Shown: one piece after another, positions 37,093 through 49,858 of the stretch | Layout of the letters: each line of letters opens with the position of its first letter | Numbering within the stretch: position 1 is the stretch's first letter | Origin: Squalus acanthias | Taxonomy: Eukaryota | DNA length: 64,000 nucleotides | Assembly (NCBI GenBank): GCA_030390025.1 | Contig: CM059432.1 | Span: 16,990,001 to 17,054,000, forward strand | Direction of reading: 5' to 3' | Program-made: the position numbers and the translations under genes | Notes under the pieces: model-generated | The model's input: only the letters and a program-made list of their open reading frames with translations | Databases searched by the model: none | What the model was told of the DNA's origin: nothing

Positions 37093-38079
37093 AAGAAATA
37101 GGAGCAGGAGTAGGCCATTTGGCCCTTTGAGCCTGCTCCGCCATTCAATAAGATCATGGCTCATCTTCTGCCTCATCTCCACTTTCCTGAACTATCCCCA
37201 TATCCCTTGATTCCCTTAATATTCAAAAATCTATCGATCTCTGTCTTGCATATACTCAACGACTGAACCTCCACAGCCCTCTGGGGTAGAGAATTCCAAA
37301 GATTCACCACCCTCTGAGTGAAGAAATTTCTTCTCATCTCAGTCCTAAATGTCCGACCCCATAGTCTGAGACTGGTTCTAGAATCCCCAGTCAGGAGAAA
37401 CATCCTCCCTGCATCTACCCTGTCAAGTCCTGTAAGAATTTTGTATCTTTCAATGAGATCACCTCTCATTCTTCTAAACTCTAGAGAATATAGGCCTAGT
37501 CTACTCAATCTGTCCTCATAGGACAATCCCAGGAACCAGTTTGGTGAACCTTCGTTGCACTCCCTCTATGGCAAGTATATCCTTCCTTAGGTAAGGAGAC
37601 CAAAAGTGTACACAATACTCCAGGTGTGGTCTCACCAGGGCCCTATATAATTGCAGTAAGACGTCTTTACTCTTATACTCAAACCTTCTTGTAATAAAGG
37701 CCAACATACCATTTGCTTTCCTAATTGCTTGCTGTACCTGCATGTTAACTTTCAGTGATTCGTGTACAAGGACACCCAGGTCTCTCTGAACACCAACATT
37801 TCCCAATCTCTCACCATGTAAAAAATACTCTGCTTTTCTACTTTTCCTACCAAAGTGGATAACTTCACATTTCTCCACATTATATTCCATTTGCCATGTT
37901 CTTGCCCACTCACTTAGCCTGTCTATATCCCCTTGAAACCTCCTTGCATCCTCCTCACAACTTACATTCCCACCCAGCTTTGTATCATCAGAAAACTTGG
38001 ATGTATTATATTTGGTCCCCTCATCCAAATCATTGATGTAGATTGTGAATAGCTGAGGCCCAAGCACTGATCCTTGCGG
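37093..38079 (-). mobile_element. CR1 LINE 3' part
   Basis: [25 protein letters not shown]; 3' UTR ggcctactcctgctcctatttctt. Confidence 0.9.
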
Positions 38080-39725
38080 TCACATCCTTCCTGTAATGTG
38101 GTGACCAGAACTGCATGCAGTACTCAAGCTGTGGCCTAACCTGTGTTGTATACAGTTCTAGCATAACATCCCTGCTCTTATATTCTATGCCTCGGCTAAT
38201 AAAGGAAAGCATTACGTATGCCTTTTAGAGTGCTGGAGATCATTGGGTGCCAGGTTGTGGGCACCGTGGCCACCGGCGACGTTGACCCCCTTGGGGACAA
38301 CAACGATATGTTGATTCCTACTCCTTCTTCTCACATCCCACATCCCCCTCAGCCCACAATCTTTTCTCACTTTCAAGCTACTCATGCTGTATGCATGCAT
38401 TTCTGCCTTCCTGCCCCCCTCCCCTCACCATAACCCGACTCTTGTGCCTTTCTGCTTTCAGATAATCAGCAAGCACCTGAGCAGCCTGTCCCTGAGGGCA
38501 CCGCAGAGAGCGAGGGGGGAGAAGAGGAGGAAGAAGAAGACACCGCGTCACATGCTGTCACTCGCAGACACCAGCTCAGATACTGGCACTATGCATTCTT
38601 TAGAGGCTAGTGTAGTAGTGGGATCTGCACAGGGTGAGGCAACGGGCATGAGTGGGCTACAGCAAAACCGGGGGAAAGGGTAGCTTGGGGGCCAGCTCCC
38701 TAGAGGGTGGGTTCGTGCGAGAGTTCTGCTCTACAGGACTCAGATGAGGACCTCGATGGGGAGGTCTTCAGAAGAAAGGTGATGGGCATGCACACGGAAA
38801 TGATAGGTGCAATGGCAAGGCTGCCAGAGAGCCTCTCGGCAATGGCAAGGAGTGTGGAGGAGTTTGCCTCCAACATTGCACAAGGCTCTGTGCAGAGCAT
38901 GGAGCCCACCATTTCCAGTCTGCAAATGATGGTACACTCCCCGAGAGACCATGGTGACCCAGACTTGATGGTGCGCATGATGAGCGATGTCACAGCTTCC
39001 ATTGCAGCACAGGCGGAAGCGACCCAACATCTTAATGCTGCAGCGGAAGCTCAGACTGCTCTCAGTCTCTGCTTGGTGACATCCAAGCTCTGACTGCTGC
39101 CATCGTGACTGGGTCTACCACTGTAGACCGGGGCGTTCACGGTTTCGCAGCAGGCCAGCAATCTCTGCTCCAACAGATTGCGAGGAATGCTGAGGTGCTG
39201 CCCCGGAGGAGTGTCAGTGGAGCAGGAACCTGCTGTCCTCTCTCAGGATGAGAGCATTCCTGCTCCCACCACTGCCACTCCGCCATTGCCCTCGTTGCTG
39301 CCTGTCATCCAGCCAGCCCAGACTGCTGCCACACATGCCGAGGTGGTGCAGTCTACAGCCGGGCCTTCTAGGTCCAGAGCTGGTGAAGGTTGTCCTGCAA
39401 GGCCATCTGAAGTCTCCCGCACGGAAACTCAGCAGCCTTCCACCAGCCGTGCTGCAGCTACTGGGGGCGCACTGCGTAGGAGCACTAGAGTAGGAAAAGG
39501 GACACGAACAACAGGCACTAAGGGATTGCACAAGGGTGATTAGTTAATAGTGTTGTGATATGTGTGATATGTGTAGAGATAAATTTATTCATTGTGTTTG
39601 GAATCTTTTGTGGTGTCTCTCATTTCAGCTTTACGCGCAGGAGAACGCTGTGATATGGCCTGCGACAGGGATGGTATGATGGGGATGTGGTGAGCAATGG
39701 GGATCTGGGGTTTCATTCATTCGAA

Positions 39726-40849
39726 TCAGACTCTGAATAGCTGGTCACGGACCGCCCATCCGGAAGGCCGATTGTCTGGCTGCCTCCTCTCTCCCCCTTG
39801 TTCCTCTCCCTCCTCGTCCTCCTCCTGAGGTGGTCCTGCAATCCCTGGTGGCAAGGGCTGCGTCCTCATGATGGCCAAGTTGTGGAGCATGCAGCAGATC
39901 ACCACGAAATGGGACATCCGCTCTGCCGAGTACTGGAGGGCTCCTCCTGTGTGGTCAAGGCAGCGGACTGTTGCTTCAGTAGGCCGATGGTCTGCTCGAT
40001 GATGTTCCTGGTGGCAGCATGGCTCTCATTATCAGAGTGTTGGGCACGAGTATTGGGGTTGCGGAGGGGAGTCATGAGCCAGGTGGAGAGTGGATAGCCC
40101 TTGCCTCCGAGCTGCCACCCTTGAGCTTGACGTGGTGGCTGGAAGAGTGCTGGCACACCGGTCTGGCACAGGAGGAAGGCATCGTGGCTGCTGCCAGGAT
40201 AGCGGGCATTGACATTGAGGATTTGCTGTGTGTGGTCGCACACCAACTGCACATTAAATGAGTGGTAGACTTTGCGGCTACAGAAGATCTCAGGATTGTT
40301 ATGCGGTGCCCGCAAAGCCACATGGGTGCAGTCGATGGCGCCCTGCACCATGGGGAAGCCCGCTATCCTGGCAAAGCCACTTGCATGCTAGTCCTGCTTC
40401 TCTCTGGTGATCAGGAAGCCAATGCAGTCCCTTCTCCTGGTGTAGAGAGCCTCAGTGACCTCCCAGATGCAGCAATGGATGGCGAACTGGGAGATGTTAG
40501 CTACGTCTCCTGCTGCAGACTAGAAGGATCGCTGGCGAAGAAATTGAGGGCCACAGTGCCACTGGAGAGTTGTGGTCACCCTGGTCTGAGGCTGGAGGTC
40601 TGGTTGCAAGAGGCGGCAGAGTTCTGTGACCACCTCCTTGGTGAAGCGAAGCCTCCTAATACACTGCTCCTTGCTTAATTGAAGGTAGGAGATGTGCTGT
40701 TGGAAGACCCTCAGAGGGTAAGGCCTCCTGTTGAGAGCCCTGATGGCCCTCCTCCTCCCTCTGCGCACATGTTCCCGTCTTTCTCGCTGCCTTCGCTCTC
40801 TCCGCCGTAGATCCTGGAGGGTGAGGTCGACTGCCAGTACAGCCCCCAT
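39726..40849 (-). pseudogene. Harbinger (HARBI1-like) DDE transposase, frameshifted
   Basis: GAIDCTHV, YHSFNVQLVCD, YPGSSHDA, GKGYPL..WLMTP, RNIIEQTIGLLK, CCMLHN; ORF broken into three pieces and second Asp (GDKGY) reads GGKGY. Confidence 0.92.
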
Positions 40850-41573
40850 GACTTTCAGCAAGTGTTGTAGTTTGAAGTGTTTCAAAAGTAATGAGGGAGT
40901 TTTGTACTTGCCAGAACACTCCCTGATACTAAATAACCTTGAAATGACTAAAGAAAACTCTTGCAGTAACAGGAATTAGCACACAACCACACAACTTCAA
41001 AACCCTGTCAGGTGTGAGTGATTGGTGAGGATTCCTTTAAATAGCGTCGCTGGAGCTGGCTTCCTGTGGCTGCTCACCACCTCAACCTGTCATTGCTTTC
41101 TCCAGCCAGTAAGTTCAATGGCCAAAACGAAGTTGGGAGATGGGGCGTCAAGTGAGCGTTGCACGCTCACTGACGTCATGATCTCCGTGATTGCGATGTC
41201 ACTGGCGACCGAATTTATCGGCTGCGCTACTGGCAAGACGGATATGGTGTGTGGTGCTGGAACCGCCATCAGCTCATGGTAGAGCTCTGAACGACGTTTT
41301 AGCGCCATCTCGTGGTGCTAACGTGTGGCGCTAAACACACAAATTTCTCCCCGAGTGTATAAACAAGTAGCATAGTAAACTAAACATCTCTGCAGAATCA
41401 TCCAAAATAGTGACTGAAGGCTACATTCTCCCACCACCTCAGTCTTTGCACCAGCTCTCACAACAGGAACTCACATTTCCATGTCATCTCAGGCGTTGAG
41501 CTTCTGGCCTTGAGCCACCACCTACCACCCCTGTATCTGGCGATTTTGTCACATTGGGATGTCTCTGTCCTGC

Positions 41574-41942
41574 TAGGGTTGCTAGCTCTAGAGGATTATC
41601 CTGGACTCTCCAGGAATTAAAGGTTAATCTTCTGGACATTGCTGCAAGCAACCTGGGTGAAAAATCATAGGGGCATTAAAAAAAAGTGTGTTTTCTTCAT
41701 TTTCTTTTAACACTTTTGTTTATTAGTTATAAAAATATTGGGGGAAGAAAAGATTGTTTCACTGACAGGCAAGAATCGTCCAATCGGGTAATGGAGTCTG
41801 TTCGCTTTCTAATTGGTGTGGGGTGGCAGTGAGCTGCGAGGATGGATGTTTTGGGAAACCATTGGTGGGAGATTAGGGTTGGGTAGTTGGAAGTCATGTG
41901 ATGAAGCCTCCCGGAATACGTCCACTAGTGTTGGCAGCCCTA
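41574..41942. mobile_element. hAT-type MITE
   Basis: TIRs TAGGGTTGCTA / TGGCAGCCCTA; decayed 8-bp TSD TGTCCTGC / TATTCTGC. Confidence 0.65.
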
Positions 41943-44517
41943 TATTCTGCTCCTGGTCTCCTAGCTGTGCCTCCTGCCAGCATTTTAATTTTTATTCGTT
42001 CCTGGATGTGAACGTCGCTGGCAAGGCCAGTATTTATTGCCCATCCCTAATTGCCCTTGAAAAGGTGGTGGTGAGCTGCCTGTTGAACCGCTGCAGTCCG
42101 TGTGGTGAAGGTACTCCCGTAGTGCTGTTAGGGAGGGAGTTCCAGGATTCTGACCTAGCGATGATGAAGGAACGGCGACATATTTCCAAGTCAGGATGCT
42201 GTGTGGCTTGGAGAGGAACTTGGAGGTGATGGTGTTCCCATGCGCTTGCTACCCTTGTCCTTCTAGGTGGTAGATGTTGCAGGTTTGGGAGGTGCTTTCG
42301 AAGAAGCCTTGGTGAGTTGCTGCAGTGCATCTTGTAGATGGTACACACTGCAGCCACATTGCGCCGGTCGGTGGTGGAGGGAGTGAATGTTTAAGGTGGT
42401 GGGTGGTGTGCCAAACAAGTGGGCTGCTTTGTACTGGATGATGTCAATCTTCTTGAGTGTTATTGGAGCTGCAGTCATCCAGGCAAGTGAAGAGTATTCC
42501 ATCACACTCCTGACATGTGCCTTGTAGATGGTGGAAAGGCTTTGGGGAGTCAGGAGGTGAGACACTTGTCACAGAATACCCAGCCTCTGCTCTTGTTGCC
42601 ACACTATTTATGTGGCTGGTCCAGTTAATTTTCAGGTGAATGGTGACCCCCCAGGATGTAGATGGTGGGGGATTCGCCGATGGTAATCCCGTTGAATGTC
42701 ATGGGGCAGTGGTTAGACTCTCTCTTATTGGAGATAGTCATTGCCTGACATTTGTGTGGCGCAAATGTTACTTGGCACTTATCAGTCCGAGCCTGAATGT
42801 CGTCCAGGTCTTGCTGCATATGGGCATGGACTGGTTCATTATCTGAGGCGTTGCGAATGGAACTGAACACTTTGCACTCATCAGCGAACATCCTCATTTC
42901 TGACATAATGGAGGGAAGGTCATTGATGAAGCAGCTGAAGATGGTTGGGCCTAGGACACTGCCTTGAGTAACTCCTGCAGCAATGTCCTGGGGCTGAGTT
43001 GATTTGCCTCCGACACCACGACCATCTTCCTTTGTGCTAGGTATGACTCCAGCCAGTGGAGAATTTTCCCCCTGATTCCCATTGACTTCAATTTTACTAA
43101 GGCTACTTGATGCTACATTTGGTCAAATGCTGCCTCGATGTCAAGGGCAGTCACTCTCACCTCACCTCTGGAATTCAGCTCTTTTGTCCATGTTTGCACC
43201 AAGCCTGTAATGAGGTCTGGAGCCGAGTGGTCCTGGCGGAACTGAAACTGAGCATCGGTGAGCAGGTTATTGGTGAGTAAGTGTCACTTGATAGCACTGT
43301 CGACAACACCTTCCATCACTTTGCTGATGATTGAGAGTGGACTGATGGGGCAGTAATTGTCCAGATTGGATTTGTCCTGCTTTTTGTGGACATGACATAC
43401 CTGGGCAGTTTTCCCACTGTCAGGTAGATGCCAGTGTTGTAGCTGTACCAGAACAGCTTGGCTAGAGGCGCAGCTAGTTCTGGAGCACAAGTCTTCAGCA
43501 CGATTGCCAGGATGTTGTTGGGGCCCATAGCCTTTGCTGTATCCAGTGCGCTCAGCCGTTTCTTGATATCACGTGGAGTGAATTGAATTGGCTGAAGACT
43601 GGCTTCTGTGATGGTGCGGACCTCAGGAGGAGGCCGAGATAGATCATCCACTCAGCCCTTTGTCTGAAGCTGGTTGCAAATGCTTCAGCCTTGTCTTTTG
43701 CACTCACATGCTGGGCTTCACCATCATTGAGGATGGGGATATTCATGGAGCTTCTTCCTCTCATTAGTTGTTTAATTGTCCACCACCATTCACGACTGGA
43801 TGTGACAGCACTGCAGAGCTTTGATCTGATCCGTTGGTTAGCTTAGCTTAGCTCTGTCTACAGCATGCTGCTTCCGCTGTTGAGCATGCATGTAATCCTG
43901 TGTTGCAGCTTCCCCAGGTTGGCACCTCATACTTAGGTACGCCTGGTGCTGCTCCTGGCATGCTCTTCTGAACTCCTCACTGAACCAGGGTTAGTCCCCT
44001 GGCTTGATGGTAATGGTAGAGTGAGGGATATGCCGGGCTATGAGGTTACAGATTGTGGTGGAATACTATTCTGCTGCTGCTGATGGCCCACAGCACCTCA
44101 TGGATGCCCAGTTTTGAGCTGCTAGATCTGTTCTGAATCTATCCCATTTAGCACGTTGGTAGTGCCACACAACACGGTGGAGTGTGTGCTCAGTGTGAAG
44201 ACGGGACTTCGTCTCCACAAGGACTGTGCGGTGGTCACTGCTACCAATACTGTCATGGACAGATACATCTGCGACATGTAGATTGGTGAGGACGAGGTCA
44301 AGTAGGTTTTTCCCTCATGTTGGTTCTCCCACCACCTGCGGCAGGCCCAGTCTGGCAGCTACGTCCTTCAGGACTCGGCCAGCTCAGTCAGTAGTGGTGC
44401 TGCCGAGCCACTCTTGGTGATGGACATTGAAGTCCCCCACCCAGAATACATTCTGTGCCCTTGCTACCCTCAGGTAGTGCTCAAGTACTTCCAAGTGGTG
44501 TTCAACATTGAGAAGTA

Positions 44518-45264
44518 TCTCCAACAAGAGAGCATCTAACCACCACTCCTTGACGTTCAACGGCATTACCATCGCTGAATCCCCGAACATCAAAATCCTG
44601 GGGGTCACCATTGACCAGAAACTTTACTGGATCAGCCACATGAATACTGTGGCTACAAGAGCAGGTCAGAGGCTGGGTATTCTGCAGCGAGTATCTCACC
44701 TCCTGACTCCCCAAAGCCTTTCCACCATCTACAAGGCACAAGTCAGGAGTGTGATGGAATAATCTCCACTTGCCTGGATGAGTGCAGCTCCAACAACACT
44801 CAAGAAGCTTGACATCATCCAGGACAAAGCAGCCCGCTTGATTGGCACCCCATCCACCACCTTAAACAATGACTCCCTCCACCACCGGTGCACTGTGGCT
44901 GCAGTGTGTACAATCTACAAAATGCACTGCAGCAACTCACCAAGGCTTCTTCAACAGCACCTCCCAAGCCCATGACCTCTACCACCTCGAAGGACAGGGA
45001 CAGCAGGTGCATGGGAACACCATCACCTCCAAGTTCCCCTCCAAGTCACACACCATCCGGACTTGGAAATATATCACCGTTGCTTCATAGTCGCTGGGTC
45101 AAAATCCTGGAACTCCCTCCCTAACAGCACTGTGGGAGTACTTTCACCACGCGGACTGCACCGGTTCAAGAAGGCGGCTTACCACCACCTTCTCAAGGGC
45201 AATTAGAGATGGCCAATAAATGCTGGCTTTACCAGCGACGCCCACATTCCAGGAACGAATAAAA
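44518..45264 (+). mobile_element. LINE family B 3' fragment inserted antisense into its own family
   Basis: TSD AAGTA (44513-17 and 45265-69); poly(A) tail. Confidence 0.88.
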
Positions 45265-45896
45265 AAGTACTGATTCATCAGCTGAAGGAGGGCGGTAGGT
45301 GGTAATCAGCAGGTTTCCTTGCCCATGCTTCACTTAAAGCCATGAGACTTCATGGGGTCTGAGTCAATGTTGAGGACTCCCAGGGCCACTCCCTACCCAC
45401 TGTATACCACTGTGCCTTCACCTCTGGTGGGTCTGTCTTGCTGGTGGGACAGAACATACCTAGGGATGGTGATGGAGGAGTCTGGGACATTGGCTGAAAG
45501 GTATGATTCTGTGAGTATGACTATGTCAGGCTGTTGCTTGACTAGTCTGTGGGACAACTCTCGCAATTTTGGCACAAGTCCTCAGATGTTAGTGAGGAGG
45601 ACTTTGCAGGGTCGACTGGGCTTGGTGTGCCGTTGTCATGTCCGAAGCTGGTGCCTAGGTCGATGCTGGCTGGTCTGTCCACTTTTACTCTTATTATTGT
45701 TTTTTGTAATGGTTTGTTACAACTGAGTGGCTTGCTAGGCCATTTCAGAGGGCAGTTAAGAGTCAACCACATTGCTGTAGGTCTGGAGTCACATATAGGC
45801 CAGGAAAGGATGGCAGATTTCCTTCCCTAAAGGACATTAGTGAACCAGATGGGTTTTTACGACAATCTGGTAATTTCATGGCCACCATTACTGATA

Positions 45897-46259
45897 CAGG
45901 AAACTCTTTATTAACCGGCACCCAAATATCCGGAAATCTCTCTTAACCAGCAAAATTCTTGAGTAGGTAACCGGGGTTTTCCTTCATCTCTCGTTTAAAA
46001 TTAACTTTAAAAAACACCCGAGGCGTTTGCCTTGTATCGGAGCGTGTAGATTGGGAGGGGAATGTGCAGCCCGGGTAGGCAGCGGACACGACAGATGGTC
46101 AGCTGGCGGTCCCCGGGGAGACGGAGCTCCGAATGCAGGCGCATGTCAATGTGTACGGGGCTCTCGTACGTTGGGAGATATAACTCTCCGTTATCCGGAC
46201 TTTTTGATTAACCGGCACCACGCCGGTCCCGTCGGTGCCGGTTAATAAAGAGTTTCCTG
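45897..46259. mobile_element. Tc1/pogo (Tigger-like) MITE
   Basis: Perfect 26-bp TIR CAGGAAACTCTTTATTAACCGGCACC; TA target duplication. Confidence 0.92.
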
Positions 46260-47711
46260 TACTACCTTTTTATTTAATTCACTGAATTTAAATTCCGCAG
46301 CTGCCATGTTGGGATTTGAATTTACGTCTCTCGATCATTAGTGCAATCCTCTGGATTATTAGTCCAGTAACATTACCACTGTGCTACCGTACCTGATGTG
46401 TTGCCAGGCTATTCATGTTGCCATTTTAATGGTTACCCCATTCCTCAGTAGTATCTCACCACTAAGCTGGAAAACTGAGATTTTTTGTTTTTCAAAGCAC
46501 TTAATAGTGCTATAAAAAAAGAAGTATTTTGCAGTTTAGTGCTTAGAAATCTGGTTCGGGTAGTGGGATTGAGGGAGGAAACAGTAATTGTGTTAGAAGG
46601 ATCAGAAAGATGGAGTAACGTGATTGTTGACTGAAAGATGGGGAACAGGGTTGATAAACAGGTAAGGGAAGGGCGCAACTTGGATAGGGGTAAGGGAGAA
46701 AGGGATTGGGGTATTAGGGAATGGAGGAAATGAGACAAGAGGTGGTTCGGGGATTGAAGAAGAGGATGCGGCAGAAGGGGATATTTATCCTATGTGAAGG
46801 CAATGTGACACACCAGGAAGATGTGGTAAGAACAGCATCAGTCGGGGAACTGATAGGAGCAATGAGATTAGGCAAAGCATGCAGGTGAGGTTGAAGAAGG
46901 AAGGAAGGACAGGGGAGTCAATAATGCTGAGTATGAGGGTGAGCACGATGGAATGGGCGCTGAGGGGTTAGGATGGGATTGAGCGGGAGGGGATAGTAGT
47001 GATGGGGAACGGGTCAGAGTGAGTGAGACAGAGGAGGGAATAGGTATAAGTGGAGCAAGGGGGAGGGTGTGGTTGGAAGGGATAGGAAAGGTAATGGGAA
47101 TGAACAGATGGTGAGAAGGTGACATCATGTGGGGCTAAGGCAGCAGACATTAGGCAACAGGAGTAGAGCACCATTCCCTTCACATTACTTTCTGCTTTTG
47201 CCTTAATGGCTTGTTATCCATCAGCCATAATGTCAAGGGCCACCTGCACCCATTGCTGTAGTCCTCACCCCACCCACAACCTGAAACCTGCCTGCAGACC
47301 TGGCTGGATCCCTCCCTGAATCACCACCTGTATCTCCTACCAATTGGCACCCATACCCACCACCGACCAAAAGAAAACAGAGAGAAGGTAAAAGAATAAC
47401 AGAGAGACAGAAAAACAGAACAGAGAAAGAATTACAAAAGAAAATGACAGAAACTAAAGAGACAACCAGAAAATAGAACAAAGACACAAGATAAAAAATA
47501 CAAAGACAAAAGAGGCACATAAAACAGGGAGAACAATACTCTAACTTTTCATGAATCAAAAAGGTGTTCTATTACATTTATCTATTAATATTTAAAGAAC
47601 AGTAGCTCTAACTTGTTATCCTTTCCTTCACTGCTACAACCTCAATCGTTCCCTTACTAAGCTGCTGCCATACTTCCAGACTTCCCATGAGATCCATTAG
47701 TATAAGATTTT

Positions 47712-47925
47712 GGAAAGAAATAACTTGCATTTATTTAGCACCTTTCACGACCTCAGGACATCCCAAAGTACTTTACAGCCAAATTTTCAAGTACTGTTGT
47801 AATGTAGGAAACACAGCAGCCATTTTATGCACAGCAAGATCTCAAACAGTTAATGAACATCTTTTTAGTGATGTTGGTTGAAGGATAAATATTGGACCGG
47901 GGAGAATTCCCCATCTCTTCATCGA
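47712..47925 (-). mobile_element. Deu-domain SINE 3' fragment
   Basis: acttgcatttatttagcacctttcacgacctcagg tail; more of the SINE body appears at about 55975-56097. Confidence 0.7.
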
Positions 47926-48462
47926 AATACGAACATAAAACATAGGAGCTGGAGTAGGTCATTTGGCCCTTCGAGCCTGCTCCGCCATTCAACAAGATCA
48001 TGGCTGATCTACCTCAACTCCACCTTCCCGCACTATCCCCATATCCCTTAATTCCCTTAGTTCCCAAAAATTTATCGACCTCGGTCTTGAATATACTCAA
48101 CGACTGAGCATCCACAGCTCTCTGGGGTAGAGAATTCCAAAGATTCACAACCCTTTGAGTGAAGAAATTTCTCCTCCTCTCAGTCCTAAATGGCCGACCC
48201 CTTATTCTGAGACTGTGCCCCTGTGTTCTAGATTCCCCAGCCAGGGGAAACATTTTCTCAGCATTAACCCTGTCAAGCTCCTTAAGAATTTTAGATGTTT
48301 CAATGAGATCACCTCTCATTCTTCTAAACTCTAGGGAATATAGGCTGAGTCGACTCAATCTCTCCTCATAGGGCACTTCCTCTCATCCCAGGAACCAGTC
48401 TAGTGAACCTTCGTTGCACTCCCTCTAAGGCAAGCACGTCTTTCCTTAGGTAAGGAGACCAG

Positions 48463-49144
48463 GGGGTTTTAGCGCCCCAAAAAGGTTAGCACCCCCGTGC
48501 CCGAAATTCACTGGTAGCGCCCCAATAGGGAGGCGGGGCGCTGCAGGAAGCGCTCCCCCTCCCTCTTGCTGCGCTGCGAGTGAATATCGCGGCGCTTCGT
48601 GCCGCAGCACCACGTCGCACCACAGGGCTTCCTCCCCTTATTAAAGGGGAGGACCTGGGGCCCAGCTGGGCCACCAAGAATTGGAGTGCTGGCAAAAGAG
48701 CCCAGCACTCAAGAGGAGTGCTGGGCTCACGGAGCGCAGCCGGCAACCAGCGGTGGTGGGTGGGGGCTGCACAGGAGGCCGGGGACAGCAATGGGGGCAG
48801 GTGCTGGCAGGCGGCCAGCAACAAAAATGGCCGCACGGCACCTCCCGTTTAATTTGCCGTGCCCCGGCCGCAGGTAGGCCTGTTAGACATAGCGTCTGGC
48901 AGTAAGTCAGGGGGCGCTACCGAAGATCGCGACCGAGGCGCGAGTGGGGCGTTGCGCACAGCGATGATGTCATCGCCGTAGGCGCAGCGCCGCGGGGCGC
49001 TAACGATTACCACTGCCGTTAACCTCCCGCTGAAATTCGCGGGAGGCGTTAGTGGCGCCGTGCCTGGGCGCTAGTTGCTTTGCGCCCCTTAAGCGCCCTA
49101 ACAGGGCGCTAACGGGAGGCGCAAATCAACCAAATTTTTCCCCC
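48463..49144. mobile_element. Harbinger-type MITE, subtype A, opposite orientation to 22009
   Basis: Reverse complement of the 22009-22726 body; TSD CAG; left TIR shortened. Confidence 0.85.
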
Positions 49145-49858
49145 CAGAACTGTACACAGTACTCCAGGTGTGGCCTCACCAATGCCCTGTATAATTGTAG
49201 TAAGACTTCTTTACTCTTATAGTCTAATCCCTTTGTAACAAAAGCTAATATACCATTTGCTTCCCCAATTGCTTGCTGTACCTGCATGCTAACTCTGTGT
49301 TTCTTGTGTTAGGACACCCAAATCTCTCTGAACACCAACGTTTAATAGTTTCTAACCATTTAAAAAATATTCTGTTTTTCTATTCTTCCGACCAAAGTGA
49401 ATAACCTCACATTTGCCATGTTCTTGCCCACTCAGTCAACCTGTCTATATCTCTCTGCAGTCTCTTTGCGACCTCCTCACAGCTTACTTTCCCACCTAAC
49501 TTTGTATCATCAGCAAACTTGGATATGTTACACTCAGTCCCTTCATCTAAGTCATTAATATAGATTGTGAATAGCTAAGGCCCAAGCACTGATCCTTGCG
49601 GTACCCTGCTAGCTACAGCCTGCCAATTTGAAAAAGTTCCGTTTATTCCCACTCTCTGTTTTCTGTCTATTAACCAATCCTCAATCCATGCTAATATATT
49701 ACCCCCAATCCCATGAGTCCTAATTTTGTGTAATGACCTCTTGTGTGGCACCTTATCGAATGCTTTTTGAAAATCCAAACACACTACATCCACTGGTTCC
49801 CCCTTATCCATCCTACTAGTTACATCATAAAACCATGTTGACTCTGCCGAATCATTGT

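Larger units (their letters stand above)
35635..38226 (-). mobile_element. CR1 3' fragment in the Myb exon, hosting two further LINEs
   Basis: TSD AGAGT (35630-34 and 38227-31); CR1 pieces at 35635-36097, 37054-37092 and 38080-38226 join up. Confidence 0.85.
35210..39543 (+). pseudogene. Harbinger Myb/SANT-like DNA-binding protein gene, spliced and disrupted
   Basis: MADHCPKEKARRFSDE...QCRKKFN; intron 35328-35550 (gtgagt...ttttgcag); exon 2 AKVAHNWREQERTGGG resumes RVLEIIG at 38227; last exon from 38462 after ctttcag. Confidence 0.72.
34842..41352. mobile_element. Full-length two-gene PIF/Harbinger transposon (H4), inactivated
   Basis: TIRs GGCTAGAAATTCG / CAAATTTCTCCCC, TSD GAG (34839-41 and 41353-55); convergent Myb/SANT and transposase genes. 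Confidence 0.82.
41982..46393 (-). mobile_element. Near full-length LINE family B (single EN-RT ORF, tRNA-like head), degenerate
   Basis: Endonuclease PDIVILTESYL (about 45530), VGDFNVHH, RT KAMGPNNI, NYCPIS, MFADE, poly(A); continuous 5' to a tRNA-like head ending at 46393. Confidence 0.85.

Noticed and set aside
15739..45264. Family B targeting other retroelements
   Set aside because: Most of the window is repeat-derived, so nested hits are expected; no shared target motif seen
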